This document shows, in pieces, positions 9,924 to 19,511 of a stretch of 64,000 nt of DNA (positions within the stretch are counted from its first letter, which is position 1; each line of letters opens with the position of its first letter). The notes under the pieces are model-generated. The model had not been told where the DNA came from, ran no database searches, and saw only the letters and a program-made list of their open reading frames with translations. The DNA is from Spirochaetia bacterium (GTDB taxonomy: Bacteria > Spirochaetota > Spirochaetia > DSM-27196 > Salinispiraceae), in assembly GCA_038204425.1 (NCBI GenBank), contig JBBRCZ010000009.1, forward strand, positions 1 through 64,000. The letters are read 5' to 3'. The translations under genes were made by a program, and so were the position numbers.

Positions 9924-10601
9924 ATGAAAAAAATAGTCGTCTTCTTTTTGTTGCTCGCGCTTAGCTTGTGGACAGCCGCCGCACAAAGCGTGACTCTGCG
10001 TGCAGCCGGCGTTTACCTATTGGCGGATGTCTTTAACAGCAAAACTATGGTGCAAGCTCAAAGTAATCGCGGCCTAGTGAATCTGATAGGCAACAAACTC
10101 AGGAAGTTGGCCTCTGGTGGACAAGAACAGGCCACAAGTTGGATGGGGGTGCGAGGCAATCGTTCTAGTGCATCCTTGTCGTTTATTGATGAAGATAGTC
10201 CACTGCAGATGCTCACCCAGATTGGGCCAGCTTTAGAGGCCGGCAATACACAACTGGCTTGGACTATAACCCAATCGGCACTGGCCAGTGCCCTCGGAGC
10301 CGAAAAACCCGATATTGGCCTTGCGGCCATGGACTATTATATTGCCTTTGATAGTGCTCGTTTGGCCGTGCCGCTGATAGAACAAACTCGACCTGCAAGC
10401 AACAGTACAGTCTATGCGGAATTTTGTCTGTCGGCAAGCCAGATTAGTTTGGATGCTATGGACTATGAGCAGGTTGTCTATTGGAGCCGCGAAGGCCTTG
10501 CTCTTGCACCCGCCAGCGAGCAAGCACAAATGCACGACTTGCTGCTGGGTTTGGCCAAACTTGCACAGGGTCAGAGACTCGATGCAAAGATGCGATTTTA
10601 A
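9924..10601 (+). CDS. Secreted TPR-like protein with 'GVRG' (FecR-like) motif; possibly truncated
   Basis: GGAGG RBS, signal peptide MKKIVV...AAA, SWMGVRG motif, helical TPR-like C-terminus; the frame continues 25 sense codons after TAA 10599-10601. Confidence 0.6.
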   Translation: MKKIVVFFLLLALSLWTAAAQSVTLRAAGVYLLADVFNSKTMVQAQSNRGLVNLIGNKLRKLASGGQEQATSWMGVRGNRSSASLSFIDEDSPLQMLTQIGPALEAGNTQLAWTITQSALASALGAEKPDIGLAAMDYYIAFDSARLAVPLIEQTRPASNSTVYAEFCLSASQISLDAMDYEQVVYWSREGLALAPASEQAQMHDLLLGLAKLAQGQRLDAKMRF

Positions 10602-10663
10602 ACGGTGATAAGGCTGGCGGCTGACGCCGAGCTAAGTGGCGCAGCCACAAGGCTTTTGCAAGG

Positions 10664-11998
10664 ATTGACAAGTCAATAGCACTTCAGTTTGGCAGTTTTT
10701 TTCTGATTATGGTCTCTGGCTGTAATTTCACTTGGCAGCACAGTGAAGTAACCTTGGTTATTGATCCAACGAGTCTTGTAAGTAGAGATTTTGACGGCAC
10801 TATAGTACCAGGATTTTTTACCTACTCGCTTGAGGCAACAGAAATGGCTTCTGGCTCCACTGTATTAAAGCTCGGGCCCAAGCCTCTTGATCAAGCGCAC
10901 CTAGAAATAACTTTAGAACGTGGCAAGACATATTTTATTAGCCTGAGACTTACTGCTGAAGGAGAAAATGCATATGTGGGTTTTGAACGAAAGTACACCG
11001 TACCGCAAAGCGGAGAAGCAAGCCTCAATATGTATGTCTTGGGCTTTCTGCAAACGGATGCTCACTACAGTGTTGACCAAGCTATATTAGAAGCAAGTCT
11101 TTCGTTTCGCTCCAATGGACCAAAAGTTGGTAGCGCCATTAGCGCAACACTATTGCGCAACGGAAGCCAGGTTTTCTCCACCAATGGAATATTGCGGAAA
11201 TATGCAGGGCCAAGCCAAAGTGAGGCCACAGCGGTTTTTGACTTAAACGAAAATTACGATGACCTGGGTCAGCCACCAAGCGATATTCTCTATACTGTCC
11301 CTTTTGAAGACGGCACTTGGTTTCTTGGGACTCCGTTAAAACTTCGCTACAATTTTACTGAAAATCTGTTTGCAGAATGGCTATTTGAAAATGGCTCTCT
11401 CGTGGACACAGTGGGGGGCAGAAACCTTGTTGCCCAAGGAGCTCCAACTACCGTTAGTGACCAAAATGGAGTGTCAGGTAGCGCTTATTTATTTAATACA
11501 CCAGGGCAGTATCTCACCGTGGATGTAGGGGTTTTACCTGCACAGTTGTCGTTAAGCTTTTGGCTCAAACCAAACGATATAACCATAGATTCTCACTCGC
11601 TTTTTACGCTTGATAATGGTAACGGGTCTACATTTCCAGAGGACACAGCGTTCCATATCCAACATACAGGGACTGGGGGGTTTAGCATTTATCATTCCGG
11701 TAACACATATAGCCCATCGATTGGCAACCCGACGCCTGCAATTGCAGCTAATATTTGGGTCCACGTCGCTTTTTCTTGGAATACCTCCACAAGGGACTAT
11801 GATTTTTATTACAATGGAACAGAAATAATGACAGACAACACTGGTGGAGAAATTTCCCCAGGACCTACAAAAACCATGTTTTCTATTGGAAGTAGGTACT
11901 TTGCTCTAAACGGATCGCTCGACAACGTTAGGCTCTATCAGCGCTTACTGACTCAAGCTGACGTAAATGGCTTGTACAACGATGGTTCGCCGCGCTAG
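10664..11998 (+). CDS. Lipoprotein with C-terminal LamG/concanavalin-A-like domain (start uncertain; first ATG 10709)
   Basis: LSLSFWLKP, WVHVAFSW, FYYNG, NGSLDNVRLYQRLLT LamG motifs; lipobox VSGC whose hydrophobic h-region lies upstream of the ATG. Confidence 0.8.
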   Translation: MDKSIALQFGSFFLIMVSGCNFTWQHSEVTLVIDPTSLVSRDFDGTIVPGFFTYSLEATEMASGSTVLKLGPKPLDQAHLEITLERGKTYFISLRLTAEGENAYVGFERKYTVPQSGEASLNMYVLGFLQTDAHYSVDQAILEASLSFRSNGPKVGSAISATLLRNGSQVFSTNGILRKYAGPSQSEATAVFDLNENYDDLGQPPSDILYTVPFEDGTWFLGTPLKLRYNFTENLFAEWLFENGSLVDTVGGRNLVAQGAPTTVSDQNGVSGSAYLFNTPGQYLTVDVGVLPAQLSLSFWLKPNDITIDSHSLFTLDNGNGSTFPEDTAFHIQHTGTGGFSIYHSGNTYSPSIGNPTPAIAANIWVHVAFSWNTSTRDYDFYYNGTEIMTDNTGGEISPGPTKTMFSIGSRYFALNGSLDNVRLYQRLLTQADVNGLYNDGSPR

Positions 11999-12071
11999 TG
12001 GATTTGTTGGCGAGTCACTAACCTTCAATTTGCTCGTTTTGGTCACGCCGTTTCTGCTACACTGAGTAACT

Positions 12072-13100
12072 TTATATTTCATAGTGGTCGGCGCTAAATG
12101 TATGGATGTTGTGAGGAGAAAGGTAGACAGTTTCTCCTACCGACAGGTGTAGTTCCTTAAGCTCATTGCGTGGAATATCTACATAGACTATTTCGTCGCT
12201 TGCTAGTTTTTTTAGTTCGATTCTTGGCAAAACGCCAGCACTTTGGATAAAGAGCACCTTGGCTTCAATCATTTGGAGCGATGTTTTGCTTTTATGCAAT
12301 TTAATATCACCGGATCTAACATAGGCGACCTGATTTTCGGTGATTGATAATTCCTGGTGATTGCGTCCATGGAAGATGTTAATATTGCCCAAAAACTCCA
12401 TCACAAAAGAGTTGACTGGTTTTTCGTAGACTTCTTCTGGTGTGCCAACTTGTTCAATTTTTGCATTGTTCATCACAACGATTTTGTCGGCAACTTCAAG
12501 TGCTTCTTCCTGATCATGGGTTACAAAAACACTGGTCACGTGGATTTCGTCATGTAGTTTGCGCAGCCATCGCCGTAGCTCTTTCCTTACCTTTGCATCA
12601 AGTGCTCCAAAAGGTTCGTCGAGCAACAAAATTTTTGGCTCCACAGCAAGTGCGCGTGCCAGCGCGATGCGTTGCCTTTGCCCACCAGAGAGTTGGTTGG
12701 GGTACCTTTTGGCCAAAGGCTCGAGCTGAATTAGTTTTAATAAAGAATGCACCTTCTCTTTGATGTATTCTTTTGAAGGACGTTCTTTTTTGGGTTTAAC
12801 GCTTAGGCCAAAGGCGATATTGTCAAAAACCGTCATATGCCTAAAAAGTGCGTAATGTTGGAATACAAAGCCAACGCCTTTTTCACGAGCGCTTTTTAAG
12901 GTGGTGTCTTGGCCCTCAAAATGAATGGTACCGGAGTCAGGTGCTTCAAGCCCGGCTATAATACGCAGTAGGGTAGTTTTTCCAGAGCCCGACGGTCCAA
13001 GCAGGGCAACCAGTTCACCTGATGGGACCTCAAGGTTGATCTTATTGAGTGCTTGATAGGTCCCAAAAGTTTTATTTACATTTTCAATTATGATACTCAT
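12072..13100 (-). CDS. cysA: Sulfate ABC transporter ATP-binding protein
   Basis: [51 protein letters not shown]. Confidence 0.97.
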   Translation of the reverse strand: MSIIIENVNKTFGTYQALNKINLEVPSGELVALLGPSGSGKTTLLRIIAGLEAPDSGTIHFEGQDTTLKSAREKGVGFVFQHYALFRHMTVFDNIAFGLSVKPKKERPSKEYIKEKVHSLLKLIQLEPLAKRYPNQLSGGQRQRIALARALAVEPKILLLDEPFGALDAKVRKELRRWLRKLHDEIHVTSVFVTHDQEEALEVADKIVVMNNAKIEQVGTPEEVYEKPVNSFVMEFLGNINIFHGRNHQELSITENQVAYVRSGDIKLHKSKTSLQMIEAKVLFIQSAGVLPRIELKKLASDEIVYVDIPRNELKELHLSVGETVYLSPHNIHTFSADHYEI

Positions 13101-13964
13101 CTAAGCCTCCAGTAGTGCGTTTTTCTTAATCTCATTTTTGATTCGCAGGCCAACTAGCGACTTAACCGCCAGTGTTACCAAAGCCAGTATGGCCAATAAT
13201 GTTGCTACGGCAAATGAGGCGGCAAATTGGTACTCGTTGTATAAAATTTCAATATGAAGCGGTAGGGTGTTGGTCATACCACGGATGTGACCAGACACTA
13301 CTGAAACTGCTCCAAATTCTCCCATGGCTCTGGCATTACAAAGAATTACGCCGTACAAGAGTCCCCAAAAGACCTTTGGAATGGTAATTCTGAAGAGAAT
13401 CTGCAATCCACTTGCACCGAGTACGTAGGCGGCTTCTTCTTCCTCACTGCCCTGTGCTTCCATCAACGGTATAAGTTCTCTGGCCACAAAAGGAAAGGTT
13501 ATAAATGTGGTTGCAATGACAATTCCTGGCACGGCAAATACGATTTTTATGCCCATTTCTCCCAACCATGGTCCCATCCATCCGGATAGTCCAAACATTA
13601 GAATAAATATTAGGCCAGAAATAACCGGCGAAACAGAAAATGGCAAGTCTATCAGGGTCAGTAAAAAATTTTTGCCAGGGAATGAGTACTTTGTAATCAA
13701 CCACGCTGCGGCAATGCCAAACACAAGATTGAGCGGCACGCTAATAGCGGCGGCAATCAGGGTCAATTTTATTGCCTCAAGAGCGTCAGGTTCTGTTATG
13801 GCGGCCACGTAAACATCAACACCTTTGGCCAATGCTTCGGAAAAAACTGCGATTAGCGGTAACAGTATGGTTACAAAAAAGAATGCCACAGAAACGCCTA
13901 TCAGCAAGACTCTAACTGGGGGTTTTTCGCTTAATCTATTATTTACTTTTGTCTTCATAATCAT
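13101..13964 (-). CDS. cysW: Sulfate ABC transporter permease
   Basis: [48 protein letters not shown] overlap with the cysT stop. Confidence 0.97.
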   Translation of the reverse strand: MIMKTKVNNRLSEKPPVRVLLIGVSVAFFFVTILLPLIAVFSEALAKGVDVYVAAITEPDALEAIKLTLIAAAISVPLNLVFGIAAAWLITKYSFPGKNFLLTLIDLPFSVSPVISGLIFILMFGLSGWMGPWLGEMGIKIVFAVPGIVIATTFITFPFVARELIPLMEAQGSEEEEAAYVLGASGLQILFRITIPKVFWGLLYGVILCNARAMGEFGAVSVVSGHIRGMTNTLPLHIEILYNEYQFAASFAVATLLAILALVTLAVKSLVGLRIKNEIKKNALLEA

Positions 13965-14791
13965 GCTCTTTTGCTGATATAGCGGCGCGACCACCACTGG
14001 ATGATATTTATGCTAAACAAAACGGCAAATGAGATTGCCAGCATTACAACAGCAATCGCAGTCGCTCCAGCATAATCGTACTGCTCAAGTTTTGTTATGA
14101 TTAACAACGGGGTTATTTCAGACACCATAGGCATATTTCCAGCGATAAATATTACCGAACCGTATTCTCCAATGCCTCGAGCAAAAGCAAGTGCAAAGCC
14201 CGTTAAGATGGAAGGTAGCAGTGCCGGCAAAATGATTCGATAGAATATTTGCCATCGATTTGCGCCCAAACAGGTAGCGGCTTCTTCCAGCTCTTTTTCT
14301 AGATCTTCCAGCACCGGTTGGACCGTTCTGACAATAAAAGGCAAACCAATAAACATCAAAGCAATCACAATACCGATAGGCGTATAGGCAATCTTTATTC
14401 CCAATGGTTCAAATATTTTACCTATCCATCCATTGCTCGCGTACAAGCTTGAGAGTGTAATTCCAGCTACAGCTGTTGGTAAAGCAAAGGGTAAGTCAAT
14501 TAAGGAATCGATCACTTTTTTTAGGGGAAACGGGTACCTAACCAGTACCCATGCCATGAGAACTCCAAAAAAAACGTTTGCCAAAGCGGCAATGGCTGCT
14601 GTTCCAAAACTCAATCTAAATGATGCTAAGACCCGAGGGTCAGAAATCGTGTTCCAAAACTCAGCAAAGGGAACACTAGCGCTTTTAAAGAATAGTCCCG
14701 AAAGTGGGATTATCACCAGTATGCTGAGGTAGAGAACCGTATAGCCCAGAGTAAGTTTAAAACCTGGTAGCGTATGTCTGTTTTTTTTCAT
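13961..14791 (-). CDS. cysT: Sulfate ABC transporter permease
   Basis: [42 protein letters not shown]. Confidence 0.97.
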   Translation of the reverse strand: MKKNRHTLPGFKLTLGYTVLYLSILVIIPLSGLFFKSASVPFAEFWNTISDPRVLASFRLSFGTAAIAALANVFFGVLMAWVLVRYPFPLKKVIDSLIDLPFALPTAVAGITLSSLYASNGWIGKIFEPLGIKIAYTPIGIVIALMFIGLPFIVRTVQPVLEDLEKELEEAATCLGANRWQIFYRIILPALLPSILTGFALAFARGIGEYGSVIFIAGNMPMVSEITPLLIITKLEQYDYAGATAIAVVMLAISFAVLFSINIIQWWSRRYISKRA

Positions 14792-14811
14792 GCTATTTCC
14801 TGTCTGCAAAA

Positions 14812-15852
14812 TTACTTGGATAGGTATATTTGATCAAAAATGCCACCATCATTAAAGTGTTTGTTCTGAGCTATTTCCCAGCCTCCAAAAACGTCATCGA
14901 TCGTAAAAAGCTTAAGCTTAGGGAAGCGTGACAGTTCACTTGTATCGAGCAATTCTGGTTTTGCTGGGCGATAAAAGTGCTTTGCAATCAGCTTTTGGGC
15001 CTCTGGGGAGTACAGTTGTTCAAGATACGCCCTTGCAACTTCGATAGTTCCATGTTTTTGAGCTACTTTGTCAACAACGGTAACCGGCGGTTCTGCCAGA
15101 ATTGATACGGAAGGAATTACTATTTCAAGCTGGTCAGCTCCAAAGGCCTCAATTGCCAAGAAAGCTTCATTTTCCCAAGAAAGCAAGACATCTCCAATGC
15201 CTTTTTGAACGAATGTCGTGGTAGACCCACGCGCGCCAGAGTCAAGAACAGGAACATTTTTGTACAGTTTTGTTATAAACTCACGAGCTCTGGTCTCATC
15301 GTTGCCATAAGTCTTTAGGGCATATCCCCAGGCTGCAAGGTAGTTCCAACGTGCACCGCCAGATGTTTTAGGGTTGGCCGTGATAACTTGCACACTTGCG
15401 TTTACAAGGTCTTCCCAATCGAGAATCTTTTTGGGATTGCCTTTTCTGACCAAGAAAACAATAGTCGACGTGTAGGGCGAACTGTTAAAGGGCAGTCGCT
15501 TTTCCCATGCTCGTGCAAAGAGACCTGTTTTGTCGGCAATTGCATCGATATCATAAGCCAGCGCCAGCGTTACCAGATCTGCTTCCAAACCGTCTATAAC
15601 TGAGCGCGCTTGTTTGCCTGAGCCACCGTGACTTTGCTTGACAACAACATTGTCACCGGTCTTTTTTTTCCAGAAATCAGAAAAATAGCGGTTGTATTCT
15701 GCATACAACTCTCTAGTTGGGTCATATGAAACGTTTAATAGATTTATAGTTTTGCCTTCGGGTGCAGCCTGACCCTTGTTGGAGCAGCTTGCAATAAGTC
15801 CAATTGCTGCTAAGCAAAAAACTAGGCTTGCAAAAGTAGTTCTCTTGTTCAC
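14812..15852 (-). CDS. sbp: Sulfate-binding protein (lipoprotein form)
   Basis: [45 protein letters not shown]; lipobox IASC; GTG start with AAGGAG. Confidence 0.97.
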   Translation of the reverse strand: MNKRTTFASLVFCLAAIGLIASCSNKGQAAPEGKTINLLNVSYDPTRELYAEYNRYFSDFWKKKTGDNVVVKQSHGGSGKQARSVIDGLEADLVTLALAYDIDAIADKTGLFARAWEKRLPFNSSPYTSTIVFLVRKGNPKKILDWEDLVNASVQVITANPKTSGGARWNYLAAWGYALKTYGNDETRAREFITKLYKNVPVLDSGARGSTTTFVQKGIGDVLLSWENEAFLAIEAFGADQLEIVIPSVSILAEPPVTVVDKVAQKHGTIEVARAYLEQLYSPEAQKLIAKHFYRPAKPELLDTSELSRFPKLKLFTIDDVFGGWEIAQNKHFNDGGIFDQIYLSK

Positions 15853-15883
15853 TCTTTCTCCTTTAAGGTCTCATGTGCACATC

Positions 15884-15916
15884 CTTATATAGCTACTTGT
15901 CCTATCTGTCAAGTAG
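15884..15916 (-). promoter_or_regulatory. sbp promoter with overlapping inverted repeat (candidate Rrf2 operator)
   Basis: Minus strand TTGACA-17nt-TATAAG; CTACTTG-N10-CAAGTAG palindrome (15893-15916) spans the -35. Confidence 0.55.
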
Positions 15917-15933
15917 GGTGATAGAAAAAAAAA

Positions 15934-16389
15934 TTAAATCTCGTAAAAAATAGTCTTTTCTTTGCTTTTGTTGTATTCCATATCAACCAAATCCTGAATT
16001 GACGTCGAATCTAAAATTTCAGCAGTTGTGTCTCTTACTTTCTTCATTACAACTTTTAAGCCACATATGTTTGGGTCTTTGCATTCCTCACAAGGTTCAT
16101 TCAACTTCATAGACACGCAAGGCACCAAAGCTATCGGCCCTTCTACCAAACGGATAACTTCTCCAACAGTAATCTTTGCTGCGGATCTTGCGAGCATGTA
16201 ACCACCACCTCGCCCTTTTCGGCTCTTGAGCAAGGTGGCTGACTTTAGCTCAAACAAGATTTGCTCAAGAAATTTGTGAGAGATGTTCTCTTCTGCCGCA
16301 AGGTCAGCTATCAAAACAGGGCTGTCACTTTTTTTTCTTGTTAAGGCTTGAAGCACCTTTAAAGCATAGCGTGTTTTGTTTTTTAACAA
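15934..16389 (-). CDS. Rrf2 family transcriptional regulator
   Basis: YALK.L, ISHKFLEQIL, SRKGRGGGYMLA, ITVGEVIRLVEG, Cys cluster CVS..PCEEC..IC. Confidence 0.95.
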   Translation of the reverse strand: MLKNKTRYALKVLQALTRKKSDSPVLIADLAAEENISHKFLEQILFELKSATLLKSRKGRGGGYMLARSAAKITVGEVIRLVEGPIALVPCVSMKLNEPCEECKDPNICGLKVVMKKVRDTTAEILDSTSIQDLVDMEYNKSKEKTIFYEI

Positions 16390-16468
16390 CCTATTGCTCC
16401 CACGGGGTAAATATGTTGGCTGGGGCGCATGTTGTCAATATCTTTTGGTGTTTTGACCCGCACTAGTA

Positions 16469-16503
16469 GCCAAAGAGCCGACTAGTGCAGTCGGCTCTTT
16501 GGC
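16469..16503. terminator. 15-bp-stem hairpin downstream of the Fe-binding protein gene
   Basis: gccaaagagccgact-agtgc-agtcggctctttggc perfect inverted repeat. Confidence 0.7.
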
Positions 16504-16511
16504 CAATGCTT

Positions 16512-17555
16512 TTACTTCCAACCGGCACTGTCGGCGATTTTTAAGGCAGCAGGACTGCGGATGCCAAGGTTCTCCAGGTTTTGCGTGTCTTCAACAAAGC
16601 TGCCCCAAGCCGCCACAGTGGGACTCAGCTTAACGCCTGCACGAACAGGGTATTCGTAGTTTTCGGCAGCAAACAAGGCTTGGGCTTCGGCAGAAACCAA
16701 GTACTCAAGCAGTTTAACAGCGGCCGCTTTGTTTTGACTGGTTTTTACGATACCAGCGCCACTCACGTTAATGTGGGTTCCGCCGCGATTTTGGTTGGGA
16801 AAAATTACTCCCATGCGCTTACCAACATCTTGTTCGACTGGGTCCTTGGAGTTGATGAGTTGACCAATATAGTAGGTATTGGTAATGGCAAGACTAGCTG
16901 CTCCGGCCACCAATGCCTTCATTTGGTCGCGGTCTCCACCTTGTGGTGGCTGTGCAAGATTGTTGGCCAGTCCCTTTGCCCACTCGAGAGTGGCTGCTTC
17001 TCCCCAACGTCCAAGTAGGCTGGCAAGCATAGAAATGTTGTAAACATTTCCTGACGATCTAACCACAACCTTGCCCTTTTGTGCTGGCAGTGCCAAGTCT
17101 TCATAGTTTGCAACGGGCGCTTGGGCATTGCTTGATTTATCGTAGACAATCACGCGAGCGCGCTTAGTCAGGCCAAACCAAAAGCCTTGGGGGTCGCGTA
17201 GGTGTGCTGGGATGGCGGCTTCCAAGACGGCGTTGCTGCCACTCTGAAGCAGGCCCAAGGTCTTAGCACGGTACAACCTGCCCACATCGGCGGTAATCAA
17301 AAGATCGGCTGGACTTGAGCTGCCTTCTGTCTTGATTCGTTCGATAAGTTGGTCTGCATCGCCTTTGAGAACCTTAACTTTGATGCCGGTTTTCTGGTAA
17401 AACTGGTCAAAGAGTTTTTGGTCGGACTCATAATGACGATGACTATATACGGTGACCTCATCTGAGGTGCTTTCGCTCATTCCCATAGCAAGCACTTGGG
17501 CGGTAACGACCATGGCCAAACTAAGGGAGATAGCAATTGATAGGATTTTTTTCAC
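16512..17555 (-). CDS. Fe(III) ABC transporter substrate-binding protein (FutA/FbpA family)
   Basis: VYSHRHY, SPADLLITADVGRL, WFGLTKRARVI, RSSGNVYN, GGDRDQ, NTYY (Fe-ligating tyrosines), NYEYP. Confidence 0.93.
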   Translation of the reverse strand: MKKILSIAISLSLAMVVTAQVLAMGMSESTSDEVTVYSHRHYESDQKLFDQFYQKTGIKVKVLKGDADQLIERIKTEGSSSPADLLITADVGRLYRAKTLGLLQSGSNAVLEAAIPAHLRDPQGFWFGLTKRARVIVYDKSSNAQAPVANYEDLALPAQKGKVVVRSSGNVYNISMLASLLGRWGEAATLEWAKGLANNLAQPPQGGDRDQMKALVAGAASLAITNTYYIGQLINSKDPVEQDVGKRMGVIFPNQNRGGTHINVSGAGIVKTSQNKAAAVKLLEYLVSAEAQALFAAENYEYPVRAGVKLSPTVAAWGSFVEDTQNLENLGIRSPAALKIADSAGWK

Positions 17556-17566
17556 TGTTGCGCTCC

Positions 17567-17639
17567 TTTGTTAATACGGACTAAGTATGTTAATGCGTAT
17601 TAACAAAAGCATTGTAGCAGAGTAAAATAGTCGTGTAAA
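17567..17639 (-). promoter_or_regulatory. Promoter and palindromic operator/leader hairpin of the Fe-binding gene
   Basis: Minus strand TTTACA-17nt-TACAAT (with TGn); 12-bp inverted repeat 17567-17578/17596-17607 and nested TGTTAAT-N4-ATTAACA (17588-17605). Confidence 0.6.
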
Positions 17640-17666
17640 GCCCCCGACTGGGCCGAAGTGATCGAA

Positions 17667-18713
17667 TTAGAAGCGGCCTTTGATAACTTCTTCATCCTTA
17701 AGAATGCCAGCGTTGACCAAAGCACGTTGATAGCTTGTTGACTCGCGGGACATACGCACACTAGCGCCTGCGATGCCGTCCAGAGAACTTTGCGCAGTCT
17801 TGGTAGCACCAGCCTTGACGTCTATGCCAAAAAATTTCTTGTCGTTGACTGCTCCAGCGTAGCGAGGGTTGGTCCAATCTACCAACGACAAGAGCTCGGT
17901 TGCTTTTTTGCCAATCAAGAAATTATCTATTGCAGCGTAGTTGCCGCCCCAGCCGCCTAGTCCGCTAAAGCCATACACAGCAGCGATAGCTTGTGGTTTG
18001 CCATCAACAAATTTTATGCCTGCTCGTTCTAAAAGCTGTCCTACGCTTGATTCCAAACTTAGCCCGTTAAATATTCCGCGGCCAAAGAAGAGATAGGGTT
18101 CTTTGTAAAAGGTAAAGGCAGTCTTTTCTAAATAGTCTTGCCAAGTGGCGGGCTTAATGGAGCCACCGCTCGATGCTCTTAAGGTTGGTATCGCTCTGCC
18201 ACTTGCGAGGGTCAAAGTGGACAAGGCTTGGCTAAAGTCAAAACCAGGTTCAAATTTGGACTCAAACTGGTAGCGAGTCATCGGCTCTACCAAGGCCAAG
18301 GCTACGGTTCCATCTTTTCCAACACCAGCCGTCCAAAATGCCATCAAGTCGTTGGTCACAATCGAAAACATTGATGCACCGGCTTGGTAGGCTTGGGCAT
18401 TCGTTTCTACTTTAGCTGGTGTGGGCGCTACACTATAGTCTATGCTCACTTCTGCAGTGCCATCCAAACGTGACTTCCAGCTGCCGTTTGCTTGTTTTAT
18501 CAGAAAATCTAAGTGAGCCGCTGTAATCTTTGCGCTGGAGTCTAGCTTGAGTGTAGTTTCAATCCTCTCGGTTGCGTCACTAAGGGTTAGTCCTTTGGAT
18601 TCGTCTTTCCATGAGTAGCCAACAAACGTTCCGCTGTAGTCTTTGTCTTGGCAAGCACCAAGAGTAATTGTGAGCGCAACTATAGCAGGTACCATCCACA
18701 AGTATCTCTTCAT
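17667..18713 (-). CDS. Lipoprotein, candidate FMN-binding (flavinylated) protein
   Basis: Lipobox LGAC; 'KLDSSAKITAAHLD', 'W..NYAAIDNFLIGK' and C-terminal DVKAGAT / DGIAGAS motifs resemble FMN_bind domains. Confidence 0.55.
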   Translation of the reverse strand: MKRYLWMVPAIVALTITLGACQDKDYSGTFVGYSWKDESKGLTLSDATERIETTLKLDSSAKITAAHLDFLIKQANGSWKSRLDGTAEVSIDYSVAPTPAKVETNAQAYQAGASMFSIVTNDLMAFWTAGVGKDGTVALALVEPMTRYQFESKFEPGFDFSQALSTLTLASGRAIPTLRASSGGSIKPATWQDYLEKTAFTFYKEPYLFFGRGIFNGLSLESSVGQLLERAGIKFVDGKPQAIAAVYGFSGLGGWGGNYAAIDNFLIGKKATELLSLVDWTNPRYAGAVNDKKFFGIDVKAGATKTAQSSLDGIAGASVRMSRESTSYQRALVNAGILKDEEVIKGRF

Positions 18714-18799
18714 AAAATCTCCCCTTGTACCAAAGGTACTATATTCTTTAGCATAAGGCGCCCAAAATTGGTCAATAAAAAATGAATTTCTCTGCCAAA

Positions 18800-18831
18800 T
18801 GGTTGACGCATCAACCAAATATGATTATGTT
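18800..18831 (+). promoter_or_regulatory. Promoter with MarR-type palindrome
   Basis: TGGTTGA-CGCA-TCAACCA (18800-18817) overlapping TTGACG-17nt-TATGTT upstream of the oxidoreductase-marR pair. Confidence 0.6.
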
Positions 18832-18868
18832 TAGTGCTTTAGTCAGGTATTTGAGTGGAGGAAAAAGT

Positions 18869-19498
18869 ATGACATTGACGGTTTTTGGTGCCAGTGGAAA
18901 GACTGGAAAATTTTTGTTGGAACAAGCTTTGGGCAAGGGTCACAAAGTAAGGGCAGTGGTACGTGACAAGACCAAGCTTGGCGCACGCGATGGTTTAGAA
19001 ATAATTGAAGCCAGTCTCAACGATGCTCAGGCAGTCTCAGCGGCCATAGCTGGTAGCGACGCAGTCGTTAGCTGCCTTGGTCCATCCAAAGGCTCCGACG
19101 AGCACATGATGGCTCAGGCAGCTAACACCATTATTGCGGCTATGAAAACTCACAAGGTAAAGCGCTTGCTATGGCAATCTGGAGCAGGCTGTAAGGGTCC
19201 AAATGATCTGCCTTCGTTTAGCAGAGTTATTGTGCGTGGCATCATGAAATTGGTGGCCGCAAAAGTTTTGGCTGACTCGCAGGATTGTTTTGACCTAATT
19301 AGAGCAACGCAGCTTGACTGGACGGTAGCCAGAGTTCCACTTTTGTCGGTTGAGCCCTTTACTGGCAAGTACGCGGCCAGCATGAAGCCGCCACGACCAG
19401 CGCCGCTGTCGCGGGCCGACGTTGCCGACTTTTTGCTCACGCAGGTGAACTCTAGTGAATGGATCGGAAAATCACCTTTTCTTGAAGCCGCCAAGTAG
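18869..19498 (+). CDS. NAD(P)H-binding oxidoreductase (biliverdin reductase B/flavin reductase-like SDR)
   Basis: VFGASGKTG Rossmann motif, DAVVSCLG, LDWTVAR, SRADVA; GGAGG RBS. Confidence 0.9.
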   Translation: MTLTVFGASGKTGKFLLEQALGKGHKVRAVVRDKTKLGARDGLEIIEASLNDAQAVSAAIAGSDAVVSCLGPSKGSDEHMMAQAANTIIAAMKTHKVKRLLWQSGAGCKGPNDLPSFSRVIVRGIMKLVAAKVLADSQDCFDLIRATQLDWTVARVPLLSVEPFTGKYAASMKPPRPAPLSRADVADFLLTQVNSSEWIGKSPFLEAAK

Positions 19499-19511
19499 TC
19501 TACTGTCGCCC

